A stretch of 64,000 bases of DNA. It comes from Alloprevotella sp. (GTDB lineage Bacteria > Bacteroidota > Bacteroidia > Bacteroidales > Bacteroidaceae). Where the stretch lies: positions 27,180 to 91,179 of the forward strand of contig JAFUZP010000032.1 in NCBI GenBank assembly GCA_017476545.1, given 5' to 3'. The number at the start of each line of letters is the position of its first letter. The stretch's first letter is position 1. The notes beneath the pieces are model-generated. The model made no database searches. It was not told the origin of the DNA and saw nothing but the letters and a program-made list of their open reading frames with translations. Positions 1 to 11,161 of this stretch are shown piece after piece. The translations under genes were made by a program, and so were the position numbers.

Positions 1-283
1 CGATAGCCCAACCTTCCGTGTGTAGCAGGTCGGTAACGGTGCGCAACAACTGCTTGCTGTCAATATTCTTGTAGCGCGGGTCAGTGTCTGGGAAGTGATA
101 GCCGATGTCGCGCAGGCTGACGGCTCCGAGCAGCGCATCGCAGATGGCGTGGATGAGCACATCGGCATCGCTGTGTCCTAACAGCCCTTTACTGTGAGCT
201 ATCTTTACACCACCCAGCCAAAGGTCGCGGCCTTCAATGAGCTGGTGCACGTCGTAGCCCATTCCGATACGTGTTTTTTTCAT
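1..283 (-). CDS. ispF: 2-C-methyl-D-erythritol 2,4-cyclodiphosphate synthase (3' part runs off window)
   Basis: Hand translation from ATG at 283: [54 protein letters not shown], with the IspF GxDVH and HSDxD motifs; follows porV as is usual in Bacteroidetes. Confidence 0.95.
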   Translation of the reverse strand, partial: MKKTRIGMGYDVHQLIEGRDLWLGGVKIAHSKGLLGHSDADVLIHAICDALLGAVSLRDIGYHFPDTDPRYKNIDSKQLLRTVTDLLHTEGWAI

Positions 284-285
284 TC

Positions 286-1455
286 TTAACGCCGACCAAA
301 AAGGTCCCGGATGCCGTCGAAATCGAAAGCAAGTGAGACACGGAGGGTCTGATCTAAGGGGTTCGTGGAATTTGTGGCAATGACGTAGCCGGCATCAATA
401 CTCATCACGTTCATGCGGAAGCCGGCACCGACGGTGAAGTAGCAGCGGCCGCCTTGGCTCTTGCTTTCGTTGTGGTAGCCGCCACGCAGGGAGAATTTGT
501 CATTATAGGTATATTCAAGGCCTGCACTCCAGTTGATGAGGTCAAGTTGGTTACCGCCACTGAAACTCTTTCCTATACCCTTGATGGCACTCAGGTCGTA
601 GTAGTCATCGCGCAACCGCTGCTCATATTCTTCGCTCCCCTCGTCCGCGCCTTGCAATGGCTTGGCCGGGACGAGCAGACGGTTAGCGTCAGCCATGAAA
701 GAGATCTTGTTGTATTCATTTATGGGAACCGTCAGGTTGCCACCAATGCGCAGGTTGGTCGGAATGAAGTAGGAGTCATCGCTCCCGTAGTTTATCTTAG
801 AACCGATGTTTCGCACGTTAAAACCGAACGCCAACAGGCATTCGCGTTGTCCGAGCATGATGTACTTGTTCCAATAGCCCGCGATGTCGGCTGCGAACGC
901 CGACCCGGGTTTCATATTGTCGTCGCTGTGGCCGCTCATATCCGAATACATATAACGCAGAGCGACAGCGGCGGAGAACGTCTCACTCAACATGCGCGAG
1001 TAAGCCACGTCCACGGAAAACTCATAAGGCTTTACGGTAAAGTCGCTGACAGCCTCGCTATAGGCGCTGTTGCCGGAGGTAAGATAAACTTCACCCACCG
1101 TGAAATAGTTCAGAGACGCACTCAGCGCCTGGTAGTCGCCTAAGCGTAGGTAGCCGGTAGCGTTGAGCAAGGCGATTCCGTCTGTCAGTTGGCGGAGCCA
1201 GGGCGTATAGTTAAGCGCCAAGCCTGCACGGCTGATGGTAAACGGATACTTGGCCGGGTTCCACGCTTGGGAGTTTACGTCAGGGTCACTGGCCGCACCA
1301 ATGTCACCCAGGCCGCCAGACCGTGCGTCGGGAGCGATGGATTGGGAGGTGACAGCGGTCATGACAGGATTGAAGTTGTCGCGCAGTTCGTCGCCATCAT
1401 CCGCAAAGGCAGGCAACGCAAACAGGGCGGCTATGAAAAAGATGTGCTTGTTCAT
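286..1455 (-). CDS. porV: Type IX secretion system outer-membrane shuttle PorV
   Basis: Signal peptide [18 protein letters not shown]; [18 protein letters not shown] and YTPWL motifs; lies downstream of porU; start moved from 1497 to the ATG at 1455. Confidence 0.92.
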   Translation of the reverse strand: MNKHIFFIAALFALPAFADDGDELRDNFNPVMTAVTSQSIAPDARSGGLGDIGAASDPDVNSQAWNPAKYPFTISRAGLALNYTPWLRQLTDGIALLNATGYLRLGDYQALSASLNYFTVGEVYLTSGNSAYSEAVSDFTVKPYEFSVDVAYSRMLSETFSAAVALRYMYSDMSGHSDDNMKPGSAFAADIAGYWNKYIMLGQRECLLAFGFNVRNIGSKINYGSDDSYFIPTNLRIGGNLTVPINEYNKISFMADANRLLVPAKPLQGADEGSEEYEQRLRDDYYDLSAIKGIGKSFSGGNQLDLINWSAGLEYTYNDKFSLRGGYHNESKSQGGRCYFTVGAGFRMNVMSIDAGYVIATNSTNPLDQTLRVSLAFDFDGIRDLFGRR

Positions 1456-1519
1456 TTTCTTGCGTTTCGTTACTGAGGTGGGCAAAAACCCTATCATATA
1501 TAACTTTCGGCGGCGCGTA

Positions 1520-4500
1520 TTATTGTCTTACGATAATCATTTTTTTGCTCTTCGTCTCGTGGCTTGTTGCTGGGGTACGCACCGTTGCACGGTAGATATA
1601 GACACCGCTATTGACGGGATGCCCGCCGCTGTCGCGCAAATCCCACGTCGTGCTGAAATAATCCGTAGCGGAGGCATCCCCTTCGTGCTGCCAAACTAGT
1701 CGGCCTGCAAGGTCAAATACTTCGGTCAGGACGCTGCAATTGTCTAAGGCTTGAAGGGTCGTCACGAAACTCGTCTGTGAGACAGCCGGGTTCTGCGTGG
1801 CGTTTACGTCGTAGTCTTCTTCACCGACGCCGATGCGCACGTTGAATGTGAGTCGGGCCGTCGTTGAATTATCATTGATATCCCAGGCACGGAGTGCCAG
1901 CTCATGCTTCCCGGGGGTAAGATTCTCCAGCGGATAGGTGATAGTCCCAGAGGTATAGCTGCCGAAGTCGTAATTGAAGTAGCTGTTGAGGACGGTCGGT
2001 GAGGAGGTAGCCCCGTCAAGGATAAGTTCTATATCGTGGCCGATGCTTATACCGCTTGTGTTGATACCCGCATCGTCACTGATACTAGCTCCGAAGAGAG
2101 CGGATGTTCCGACATATCCCCCGTCCGGGAAATCCGGCGAGTTAAGGTAGATGAACACCTTAGGCCCGACCTCATCAAGCGCTTCCGCCGTATCAGTACC
2201 GCTTAAGTGAAACTGTTCGTTGAACCCATTGCACTCTAGTGTGTGCTCATTATTGACTGCGTAGAAATAGATGCGGCCACAATCATCCGAATAGCTGATG
2301 TCACGCGGAATAGTTATCCAGATACTGAATTTTCCGTCACGGACAGAGTCAGCGCCCTCGAAGAGTTTCTTCGTCCTGTCCTGATAGACCATGGGCGATG
2401 ACGCGCTACCACTGTTGTTCTTACAGGTGATGGTCTCTTCGCGGTCGTAGAGGGTGGCGTAAACTTCCCCTCGGAACGAAGGTACTTCAGTACCGTCTTC
2501 AGCAAGGACATGGCCGCTGAAGCGCACCTTCTGTCCGGCCTTGAGTTGCAGGTAGTCGCCCGTTTGAAGCGCAACACCATCGACACTGTCGATAGCGATG
2601 CTCCCTTCTGGTATAGTCAGTGCGAGAGCCGGGTCGCCGAGAAGCACATATTTCATTTTGTTCATGGAGCGGTCGGTGCTGTTGTCCACAAGGGCGACTT
2701 TTGCTCTACGTATGGCATCGCCGAGTGAACACCGCGCGCCTTGAGCATCTTTCCCGAAGATATTCTCGCATATAGCGATATTCATTCCTCTGTTGTAGTT
2801 CGCATATACGGAACGCGATGCGCAGATAACAGCCGCTGCACCTCCGTTTGCGTTGAAAAGTGCCGTGCGTCCGATGTCCTCTGCTTGCGAGTCATAAGGC
2901 GTTATCTCGCAGGAGGCGAACACCCAGAGCGGCATTTTCAAGTCTGTATTTACTGCGAAGTCCTCTCTTTGTAGGAGCTTTTTATGGCTTATCTGTAGTG
3001 GACTGCCGTGCCCGGTATAGTTGAACATGAGCGCCCCCGTCTGGATGTCTTGCTGCAACATACGCGTCACTTGCGGGAAAGTGTTGCCTGTTCCTGATGA
3101 GGTCTGGGTGTAAGCCTCCCAATACACCTTGTTAAGAAGAATGCGTTCACCAGTTATAGTATTTATAGCCTCCACCACTTTTTCGCAATCCTTCATGTGG
3201 AGATTGTCGTCACCGCTGTCAGCCATCATTATAACCCGGTTCTTCCATGCGCCAACCTTGTGGTTCTGCATGTAGTATAGCGTCTTGTCAACAAGTATCT
3301 CGGCGGTTTTGGCATCATGACAGGGGAAACGGCCGATGCCGACATCCACTCGCTCGCGAACGATGTTAGTGCCTTCACTGTCGTCCAGCAGGCCGAAGTA
3401 GTCGTCTGTGACGTAGCAGTTCAGCGAGCCGATAGAGTTAGAAGAGGCTTCCGTTGGGCTCACTTCATAGGCGAGCAGGTAGTCCTCAGGCTTTTCGCGG
3501 CTCCATTCGTTGGACAGCATACGGTTGTCCCAAGCACAGTCGCCGAAAAGTAGTAGATAACGTGGCATATCTTCTTCTGATTCCGCCCGGTCATAAAGCA
3601 TTTTCAGGTAGCGGCGGTAGGCCGTAGCGTCCGGTGTGCCGGACGAGAACTCGTTGTAAATCTCATCGGCGCGGAGGATACGGACACGCAAGCCGTGCTC
3701 CCTGTGGGCTGCGGCGAGGCGTTCCGCTTGCGTAAGTAGCTTCGCAGACTGCGGTATGATAATAACCATGTCCTGCTGACCGTCCCCATGGAGGTTTTGG
3801 TTCGCTACTTCGCCTACAACTTCTGGGGCGTCATAGTTTCTTCCCACATCGACAACGACGTAACGGGTGGTGACAGAACCCAGCACTTTCGCCTGCAACT
3901 CTTTTCCGTGCAGCTCGGAGGACATTTCCGTCATCGGCGTTCCAGGCGTCCCTAACCGCCACACTTTCGTCGTTGCATTGGCGTTTGCGATGCAGAGTAG
4001 CGCGTTGTTATTGACAGCACCCGGTACGAAAGCGAATGGTGCTGCGGCGGCGTCAAGCGCCCGGTCGTAGTTCAAGCGAATAAAGTTCAGGCGGGCATGG
4101 TTTCCTCGCGTAGTAGTGAAGGTGAAGCTGTTCTCCGCCTTAATCGCCTCAGTCGTAAAGTTAGTCCGTGTTTCCCGCGCAGATTCCGTTTCCATACTAT
4201 GCGCTCGCACAGTGAGTACCCCTAGGCGTTCTCCGTTTACATCGATAACAGCCGTCGTGGCACTAAGGCTGTTAGAGGCAGTGAAAGCTACCATCAATTT
4301 TCCCGGCCCCGTGGCTCCCGGCGCATTCAGGCGGAACGTGTGTTGGTTACCGTTGGCGAAATCGTAACTATCATACATTTCAGAGCCTCCTTCATACCAC
4401 ACTACGGCATCATTGTCCAATAGTGCGTGTCCAGTAACCGTACGCACTTCGGCTACATTCAGGTTCGTCCGGACGGTCTCCTCCTTGATGGTAAGCGGAT

Positions 4501-5302
4501 TCTCCCCTTCGGTGACAAAATAATAAGAGTAGCGCGAGTAGTGATTATTTTGGTGTGCGCCGCTCGTTTCGTTCCAGCGGACAGTTCCTTCCGCAAAGAA
4601 GAGGACGCTGCCCGCCTTGCGGTATAACGGAATTTCCTCCAGATCGTCGGCAATAGCGTTCGTGCCGGTTGCTAATAGGTTTTGGGATAAAATGCGCCCG
4701 CCGTAGCCATAGAGCTTCACACGGCTGATGTCGCGGAATCCCATCTCCCCGAGTTTCGCTTGTGTCAGCTCATATACGCCTTCCTTCTGCACGCGGATTT
4801 TCACCCAGCGCCCTGTAGCAAGAACCGATGCCGCGGCATAGCGTGCAGCCTTTTCGGTAGCTCTAAGACCAACGGACTTTGTGGTAATTCCAGCGGGAGT
4901 GGATGTCGTGAGCGTGGCCTTCACAGAGTTAATGCGCCACCAACGCCCGTTGCGCTTTACGATGGGCACGAAAGAAACGTCCAAATATCCTTCTCCGCGA
5001 CTCGTACCGAGGAATTGCTCCACAGCGGGGTGCTCGCCAGACTGAAATCCGAGGGCATCAACTTGCGCGACCTCCTTCCGTGTGAGTGGCGTAAGCTCCG
5101 GGTATTCAAGGCGGACACCATAGTTGGTTCCTTCGTGGAGTTGTCCTATAGGGATTTGCACAGCGAATGAGGGCATACCTTCCGCTGTTATGGGATGTTC
5201 CGCCGCAGGGATAGGCTGGAATATGGCTGCATCGTCTGTGCGCTGTGCCGTGGCAAAGCAATATGCACCCAGTGCGAGAAGGGTTGTCAGTAGGCGGTTC
5301 AT
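1520..5302 (-). CDS. porU: Type IX secretion system sortase PorU (peptidase C25 family)
   Basis: IYNEFSSGTPD, YLLLFGD, TDDYFGLLD, GHG...ASC catalytic dyad and a C-terminal T9SS CTD (GVYIYR...KKMIIV); start moved to MNRLL at 5302. Confidence 0.92.
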   Translation of the reverse strand: MNRLLTTLLALGAYCFATAQRTDDAAIFQPIPAAEHPITAEGMPSFAVQIPIGQLHEGTNYGVRLEYPELTPLTRKEVAQVDALGFQSGEHPAVEQFLGTSRGEGYLDVSFVPIVKRNGRWWRINSVKATLTTSTPAGITTKSVGLRATEKAARYAAASVLATGRWVKIRVQKEGVYELTQAKLGEMGFRDISRVKLYGYGGRILSQNLLATGTNAIADDLEEIPLYRKAGSVLFFAEGTVRWNETSGAHQNNHYSRYSYYFVTEGENPLTIKEETVRTNLNVAEVRTVTGHALLDNDAVVWYEGGSEMYDSYDFANGNQHTFRLNAPGATGPGKLMVAFTASNSLSATTAVIDVNGERLGVLTVRAHSMETESARETRTNFTTEAIKAENSFTFTTTRGNHARLNFIRLNYDRALDAAAAPFAFVPGAVNNNALLCIANANATTKVWRLGTPGTPMTEMSSELHGKELQAKVLGSVTTRYVVVDVGRNYDAPEVVGEVANQNLHGDGQQDMVIIIPQSAKLLTQAERLAAAHREHGLRVRILRADEIYNEFSSGTPDATAYRRYLKMLYDRAESEEDMPRYLLLFGDCAWDNRMLSNEWSREKPEDYLLAYEVSPTEASSNSIGSLNCYVTDDYFGLLDDSEGTNIVRERVDVGIGRFPCHDAKTAEILVDKTLYYMQNHKVGAWKNRVIMMADSGDDNLHMKDCEKVVEAINTITGERILLNKVYWEAYTQTSSGTGNTFPQVTRMLQQDIQTGALMFNYTGHGSPLQISHKKLLQREDFAVNTDLKMPLWVFASCEITPYDSQAEDIGRTALFNANGGAAAVICASRSVYANYNRGMNIAICENIFGKDAQGARCSLGDAIRRAKVALVDNSTDRSMNKMKYVLLGDPALALTIPEGSIAIDSVDGVALQTGDYLQLKAGQKVRFSGHVLAEDGTEVPSFRGEVYATLYDREETITCKNNSGSASSPMVYQDRTKKLFEGADSVRDGKFSIWITIPRDISYSDDCGRIYFYAVNNEHTLECNGFNEQFHLSGTDTAEALDEVGPKVFIYLNSPDFPDGGYVGTSALFGASISDDAGINTSGISIGHDIELILDGATSSPTVLNSYFNYDFGSYTSGTITYPLENLTPGKHELALRAWDINDNSTTARLTFNVRIGVGEEDYDVNATQNPAVSQTSFVTTLQALDNCSVLTEVFDLAGRLVWQHEGDASATDYFSTTWDLRDSGGHPVNSGVYIYRATVRTPATSHETKSKKMIIVRQ

Positions 5303-5396
5303 TGTTAATGTCTGTATATGTATGCCGCATTGCGGCAGTAGTTCGTGAAATATTTTCCTAATGTTAAGCATGGTGCTTGTGCCTGTGGCGAAGATT

Positions 5397-6011
5397 TCAC
5401 TTGACGTTAAACGCCAGTAACCGCATTTCGCCGAGAAAACCCTCTATGCGGTCATTCTCGCAGACTGTCGCGCCGGGCGAGGATGTCCCGCAGAGGAGGA
5501 GGTCGCCGTGGCAGAGTTTGTGGTTGCGGCTTGCGGCGGCAATCAGTTCTTCTGCGGTATGGAGCATCTCTCTGGTGTCCATCAGCTGAATCGTTTGTCC
5601 GTTCCGTGTAAGCTGAAGAGCTGTGGATGCGTCCTCCTTTGGCTGGAATTCGCCGAGTGCGACAGCCCCGTCAAATGATTTTGCCAGTAGCCACGGAAGT
5701 CCTTCCTTGCGGAGTTTCTCTAACAGTTCCGTTGCCGTAAACACTGTCGCCACAGTCACCGCGTCGTAATAACGGTGCGCGAAACGTGCCGGAATGCCTT
5801 TCCCTAAACGGCAGATACGCACTGCCAGATGCGCCTGCACTGCACAAGGCTCTGCCCATTCTGGGAGAAAGAGTGGCCGCCCACGTGTCAGGAGTGCCGT
5901 GTCCGGCACTGTATAGACTGCGGTTGCGGGACAATCTTCCTTATCTGATAACGGAAAAATCCCTTGGATATTGTAAGAGGGATAGTTTCCCTCAAAAATA
6001 AATGTCTTCAT
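5397..6011 (-). CDS. Fumarylacetoacetate hydrolase family protein
   Basis: GNY, AKSFDG and GDLLLCGT motifs. Confidence 0.85.
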   Translation of the reverse strand: MKTFIFEGNYPSYNIQGIFPLSDKEDCPATAVYTVPDTALLTRGRPLFLPEWAEPCAVQAHLAVRICRLGKGIPARFAHRYYDAVTVATVFTATELLEKLRKEGLPWLLAKSFDGAVALGEFQPKEDASTALQLTRNGQTIQLMDTREMLHTAEELIAAASRNHKLCHGDLLLCGTSSPGATVCENDRIEGFLGEMRLLAFNVK

Positions 6012-6035
6012 CCTGCCTGCAAATTTCTTACGCCA

Positions 6036-8201
6036 TCAGTTGATGAAATTCCACGACACGCCAAGACGGAGTACCAGGCGGTTGAGCGGATAATGGGGCA
6101 CGAGGAAAGGGCATCCCGTACCGGACGAGTAGTTCACGTGGGAGGCCATAACGTAGAACCGTGTGCGCTTCAAGTGGAAGTTTGCATAGGCATTGATGAC
6201 CGGGTAGTTGCCTATTTTGATTCTCGCATCCGGGTCTTGAACTGCATACTGCCCTATAATGGGGCTATAGGCCGGCGCGTAATACGACGTGAAGTAGCGG
6301 ACGTCCGCGCCGATTTCGGTACGTAACACTCGCGCTATGTAGAACTGGAGATAAAGGTTACTCCACGCAGTGAAGGCGGGCAGGGGGAGTACGTCTTTGT
6401 TTGTCGTGGCCTGCACGGTCAGTTCGTTGTCCCAATGAAGAATACCTAGGCGGATGTCCTGCCGTAACGTAGCTTCCAGTAGTTGTACACCTCCTCCCGT
6501 TTGCGCTATGCCCACGCCATAAGTGGAGCGGGCTATGCCGTCAGCACTGCTATAGGGTACCTGTGTCTCTTGTAGGTAGGCGTATTTCTGAATATTTTCC
6601 ATGTGGAAGCTCAGTCTTGTCTGCTTGTAGCGTAGTTCGCCCCCCACGCGGAAGCGGAACTGCTGCTCAAGGTCAGCGTCCCACCACGCATTCCTCCCGT
6701 GGTAGTGACGCAGGTAAAAAGAAGGACGTTCGCGGCGGATATGCCCGTCAAGGTTGATGGAAAGCGTGTCGCGGCGCAGTGGTAACTTCAGACTGGCGTC
6801 CGCTTCAACATTGAATTCCCCCCATGTCTTGCCCGAGGTCCGCAACTCGCCGAGAGCGTGGTAATGCAGTCTTTCGCCTTTTTCCTTCAGTAACTGCCCG
6901 CCAACGGAGAAATGGTTCTCCGTGAAGCTCTGCCGGGTAAGCAGTCCTGTGGAGGTCGCTTCACCTGGAATGCTGAACTTGTGCAGTTCGTGGCGGGCGA
7001 AAAGCCGAAATCCCGTCCGCATCCATTTGTTCAGCCCTTCATGTAGTTCTATTCCGATGGTATTGTCAATATGCGCATACCTTGTGAAATCGTTCGCGGA
7101 GTCCCCGGGTAGGTAGAAGTCTGTGAAGTACGCGTTGCGCACTGCGGCAGGGGCATTCGATAGGAAGCGCCGGTTGTTGTGGTCTATGCGCAGCGTATGG
7201 AAAAAAGAAGTGACGGGAATAAATTCCGCCTCATACCTCACGCCCTCCTCTACTTCGTCCTCATCCGTTTCACCAGTAGCGGTAGTTTCCACTGCTTCCT
7301 GCCCGGAGGTTTCGGAACTGAAACGTTCCGCACCCTTGTCTCGGCTGATTCGCACGATGTTGCCGTCAGGGTCGCGGAAGCGCGTGAAGCCCAAATTGTA
7401 ACGGTGGGTGAGGTAAAGTGTGTTTACGTTGAGTTTATTGTAGCTTTTCGAGAGGCTCATGGGCATATCAGCCGTGCTGTACTTGGTCGGAAAGGCTTCG
7501 GGACTGTTCACATAATAGTCGTTCTCTAGTCCGCCGTTCTCCGATGTCTTCATATGGTTAGCAGCGTAAAAGGCATGCAGGCTATACCGTGTGCTGATGT
7601 AACTGCCGAAGAGCGTGCCGTCAAACTGGGATGTAGCCTGGCTGTCATAGTAGCCACGGCCGTACAGGTAGTCTATCTTGAAGCCGAGACCCACGCGTTT
7701 GTTTATATTCGTAGAGAAGAGCGCACGAAATCTGTCCTCGCCGTTTTGCTTGTTACCGCACTCATGGTACGTCAGGTTGGTGAAGGGCGACTTCGTATTC
7801 GTATAGAGCAATTCGTCCGGTTGGTATAGGAAGAAGTCATAAGGCTGTGCGAAGACAAATTGCGCATTGCCATCAAAAGTGCTTTCCTTACGGTCGGAAA
7901 AAACTCGGCTCTGGCGCGGTGAACCGAGGTTGCCCAGAAAGTTGTACCGCCCTGTCGGTCCATCCGTGAACGCCTCGTTCTGGAAAAGGTGGGGGACAGT
8001 GTCATAAGCTGCCGGCCGCACACTTCCGAACCGACGGTCCACGGTCCAGGCGGAAATTCCCTCCGGGACACCGACTTTCTTCACGGAGTCCGTCAGAAAA
8101 TGCCCTCCCTCCGATTCCATGTCACGGGGGGGCTGTATTCTTTGTGCCACCATTTGCAGCGCGCAGAGCGGTATGATATATAATAGGTAGATGCGGCGCA
8201 T
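6036..8201 (-). CDS. Bacteroidetes putative porin (outer-membrane beta-barrel)
   Basis: Signal peptide; LGNLGSP and ENGG motifs; aromatic C-terminal strand LGVSWNFIN. Confidence 0.8.
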   Translation of the reverse strand: MRRIYLLYIIPLCALQMVAQRIQPPRDMESEGGHFLTDSVKKVGVPEGISAWTVDRRFGSVRPAAYDTVPHLFQNEAFTDGPTGRYNFLGNLGSPRQSRVFSDRKESTFDGNAQFVFAQPYDFFLYQPDELLYTNTKSPFTNLTYHECGNKQNGEDRFRALFSTNINKRVGLGFKIDYLYGRGYYDSQATSQFDGTLFGSYISTRYSLHAFYAANHMKTSENGGLENDYYVNSPEAFPTKYSTADMPMSLSKSYNKLNVNTLYLTHRYNLGFTRFRDPDGNIVRISRDKGAERFSSETSGQEAVETTATGETDEDEVEEGVRYEAEFIPVTSFFHTLRIDHNNRRFLSNAPAAVRNAYFTDFYLPGDSANDFTRYAHIDNTIGIELHEGLNKWMRTGFRLFARHELHKFSIPGEATSTGLLTRQSFTENHFSVGGQLLKEKGERLHYHALGELRTSGKTWGEFNVEADASLKLPLRRDTLSINLDGHIRRERPSFYLRHYHGRNAWWDADLEQQFRFRVGGELRYKQTRLSFHMENIQKYAYLQETQVPYSSADGIARSTYGVGIAQTGGGVQLLEATLRQDIRLGILHWDNELTVQATTNKDVLPLPAFTAWSNLYLQFYIARVLRTEIGADVRYFTSYYAPAYSPIIGQYAVQDPDARIKIGNYPVINAYANFHLKRTRFYVMASHVNYSSGTGCPFLVPHYPLNRLVLRLGVSWNFIN

Positions 8202-8237
8202 AGGAGATGCTTCTGTGGTTAAGTGGGAGCAAATATA

Positions 8238-9329
8238 CTATTTATTTTCCGCACCGCAGTGGGGACACTGGCCGAGTTGTGGGATTGGCCGGCCGCAATG
8301 CCCGCAGCAGTATGCCCTGGGGCGCAGGCGGAAATAGCGGACGAGGGCATATAGCCAGTATGCGGCCAGTAATACGTAGCCTATATACAGGGGGATGGTG
8401 AACGTCAGCACAAGGTATATGATGATGCTGGTGCAGGCCAAACCGCCTATGTGGACAAGGGCCATGGTTATTCCTTCCTGCTTCCAAAGGTCGATGAGAA
8501 CGGCTAAAGTCACGATGACCAGCAGCCAAACGCAGAATACGAAGGACTTCATGATGAGCGGCAGTTCGGGGGTGAAAGGGTTCAACGTCGGGTGGAAGTA
8601 ATATTCCACCCACGTGCTGGGCACGAAGGTCTGCATACTGCAATATAAAGCCGTGATGCCTGAAACCGTGAGGCAGACCAGGGTAGGGTAGAAGGAGCGG
8701 TAAGCGCCTTTCCACCCGCCTGGAGCCATTAGCAATCCCGAGGATATACCCAACCATTGCCGCATACGTTGGGGAAGGCTTCCCTCGGAGTTCCTCTTGT
8801 CTCTACGGCGGCGTATCAGGTGCAGGGCGAGCAGCAGGGCCACCGCACCGAGTACACTTACGAAAATGATGGTGCGACGGTCGCTGAAGGCATGGATAAA
8901 TTTCGATATGGGTGCGTCCGCCACGGCATGTTCCAGCAGTTCGGTCTCCCTCAGCCAGCCTTGCGTGAGCTGGTCGCGTGCCACTTTGACCCATACGGTG
9001 TCCACTGTGTCTGCCGGGACGTATAGGATGTCGGCCACAACTAGCCTTTCCTTTCGCTTGATGCCAATGCTGTCCGCCGCTGTTTCTACGCGCAGTTCTG
9101 CTAGGGCGTCCGTCTGCTGCGGGGCGGGGTGCGCCGTCAGAACCAGCGAGTCCGTTGTCTCAAAGTTGAACCCCTTCCAGTAGTGGTGCGCGATGCGGAA
9201 GTTTACGGAATCAATGGTAGCATCGTCCGATGGCACCCAGTGGTCCAGTTTGTTCGGATGCGAATAGTAACAGGATACTAGGGCTACGGCGGAAACCACC
9301 GTGAGGACGATTTGTAAAAACTTGTTCAT
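8238..9329 (-). CDS. Lipoprotein-signal membrane protein with C-terminal zinc ribbon
   Basis: LVSC lipobox, several hydrophobic helices, C-terminal CGHC...CPHC; 4-nt overlap with the rlhA stop. Confidence 0.75.
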   Translation of the reverse strand: MNKFLQIVLTVVSAVALVSCYYSHPNKLDHWVPSDDATIDSVNFRIAHHYWKGFNFETTDSLVLTAHPAPQQTDALAELRVETAADSIGIKRKERLVVADILYVPADTVDTVWVKVARDQLTQGWLRETELLEHAVADAPISKFIHAFSDRRTIIFVSVLGAVALLLALHLIRRRRDKRNSEGSLPQRMRQWLGISSGLLMAPGGWKGAYRSFYPTLVCLTVSGITALYCSMQTFVPSTWVEYYFHPTLNPFTPELPLIMKSFVFCVWLLVIVTLAVLIDLWKQEGITMALVHIGGLACTSIIIYLVLTFTIPLYIGYVLLAAYWLYALVRYFRLRPRAYCCGHCGRPIPQLGQCPHCGAENK

Positions 9330-11152
9330 GGCGTAGGGCTTAATACCTGCATTTCGCAGCGTTTGCAGTCAAATTTTAGTGGGAAGCGTCTGCCGTCCGG
9401 AAGACGCAGGAACAGGCGGTCGGGTAGCGGCCTCAGGGGGTGGCTGTGCGTCGGGCAGGCATTAAGGGCATAGCGGATGCAGTGGCGGCAGGTCATCAGG
9501 GCGGTGCTTTCTTGGGGGGACAGCTCAAATGCAGGCTTCACTCCCTGCGCACCGTGCTCGCTCAGATAGCTGGCAGACAGTCTGTTGGCTACGTTTCCGG
9601 CCAATTCTGGTAGCCTCTCTGGGTACTTCGCATCGGGTGTCGCCTGGCGGCGTACCGGCCTCTGGTATCGCCGGAAGTGTTCTTGCAACAACGCATCCAC
9701 GATTTGGCGGCGCCAATCGGCCAAGAGAGAGGATGGCAGGAAACGTTCCCCGTCTGTCTGCACCTGTATCTGCTGTGCGAAGAAGGGGGTTGTACCGAGA
9801 CGTGAAAGCTGCCGGGTGATGTTTTCCCGCTGCGACTGTTTTGCCTCTTCCTTGGTCGCGTCGAAATGGAGCGTTACTTCCACACCGCTCTCGTCCCAAG
9901 CGTGTAACGCGAAGCCGCTTTCCGTTTCCTCAAGCTTGAGGCAAAGCGCGAGCCGGCGCTCGGCAGTAGGTTTGGAAAGGATGTGCTCAAACTGATAGTC
10001 CCGGTTTCGGAAAATTTCAGTTCCCGCTGCGAGGGAGGGCATCCGCAGTGGAAAGATTTCCGCACCCTCAACCCGGTTTACGCGCAGTCCTTCCAGTTTC
10101 CCCGCACTATTGATGAAGCACAGCCCGTCTCCAGCCTGAACCGGTTCTGTTCCACCCAGCCGGAAACTGCGCCTGCCCACGGCAGCCACCCGACCGAGGC
10201 TTTCGCCGCGCGACTTTGGGCTCTCAAAGGCATGTACGTCTGCGGTGCGGCCGTGCAGATAGTATTCCGTAAAGCCCCGGTTGAAGCTCTTGGCCGGATT
10301 GGGGGTGAAGTTGAGGGAAACTGTCCCGTGGGAGGCGCGGCAGTAGTCCCCGGGGCGGCGGCGGACGATGTCGTCAAGCAGGCGGCTGTAATGCGCCGTG
10401 ACGTTCTTCACATACGCAGCATCCTTGAGTCGTCCCTCTATCTTCAGAGACGAGATACCTGCATCAAGCATTTCCTCAACGGAGGCAGAGCGGTTCATAT
10501 CCCGCAAGGAGAGCAGATGGCTGTCGGCGATGATATTTCTGTTCCTCTCGTCAATGAGATCGAAAGCGAGACGGCAGAACTGCGCGCAGTTACCTCGGTT
10601 TGCGCTTCGCCGGAAACAGGCTTCCGAGGCATAGCACCGTCCGGAATAGCTGACGCAGAGGGCGCCGTGAACGAAGGCTTCAAGCGGGACGGTCGTGCGG
10701 CAGGCTATTTCGCGTATGCGGGTAATGGGAAGTTCGCGTGCTACGACTATCTGCGAAAAACCGGCCTTGTCCAGGAACTCCGCTTCCGCAGCTGTGGTGG
10801 TGTCCATCTGGGTGGAGGCGTGGAGGGCGATAGGGGGGAGTTCCATCGCAAGCAGTGCAAAATCCTGCACGATGAGGGCGTCAGCGCCAGCTTCATATAA
10901 CTTCCCGGCGAGGCTGGCCGCCGCTTCTAGCTCCTCATCATACAGGATTGTGTTAAATGCCACATAGACGCGCGCACCGAAGATGTGGGCATAAGAGCAT
11001 AGGCGCGCAATGTCTGCAACGGAATTGCCTGCAGCCGTGCGTGCACCGAAGGCAGGCGCGCCGATGTAAACGGCATCTGCGCCGTGGCGGACGGCCTCAA
11101 TGCCGATGTCTGCCGTGCGTGCCGGAGCCAGTAGTTCTATGCTGCGCTTCAT
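9326..11152 (-). CDS. rlhA: U32 family protein with DUF3656-type C-terminus, RlhA-like 23S rRNA 5-hydroxycytidine synthase
   Basis: ELLAPA...GADAVYIG, HASTQ, HGALCVSYSGRC, NRGNCAQFCR and LKIEGR motifs; length and N-terminus resemble E. coli YdcP/RlhA; start MKRSIELL at 11152 lies just below a promoter box. Confidence 0.8.
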   Translation of the reverse strand: MKRSIELLAPARTADIGIEAVRHGADAVYIGAPAFGARTAAGNSVADIARLCSYAHIFGARVYVAFNTILYDEELEAAASLAGKLYEAGADALIVQDFALLAMELPPIALHASTQMDTTTAAEAEFLDKAGFSQIVVARELPITRIREIACRTTVPLEAFVHGALCVSYSGRCYASEACFRRSANRGNCAQFCRLAFDLIDERNRNIIADSHLLSLRDMNRSASVEEMLDAGISSLKIEGRLKDAAYVKNVTAHYSRLLDDIVRRRPGDYCRASHGTVSLNFTPNPAKSFNRGFTEYYLHGRTADVHAFESPKSRGESLGRVAAVGRRSFRLGGTEPVQAGDGLCFINSAGKLEGLRVNRVEGAEIFPLRMPSLAAGTEIFRNRDYQFEHILSKPTAERRLALCLKLEETESGFALHAWDESGVEVTLHFDATKEEAKQSQRENITRQLSRLGTTPFFAQQIQVQTDGERFLPSSLLADWRRQIVDALLQEHFRRYQRPVRRQATPDAKYPERLPELAGNVANRLSASYLSEHGAQGVKPAFELSPQESTALMTCRHCIRYALNACPTHSHPLRPLPDRLFLRLPDGRRFPLKFDCKRCEMQVLSPTP

Positions 11153-11161
11153 ACGTGTAGG

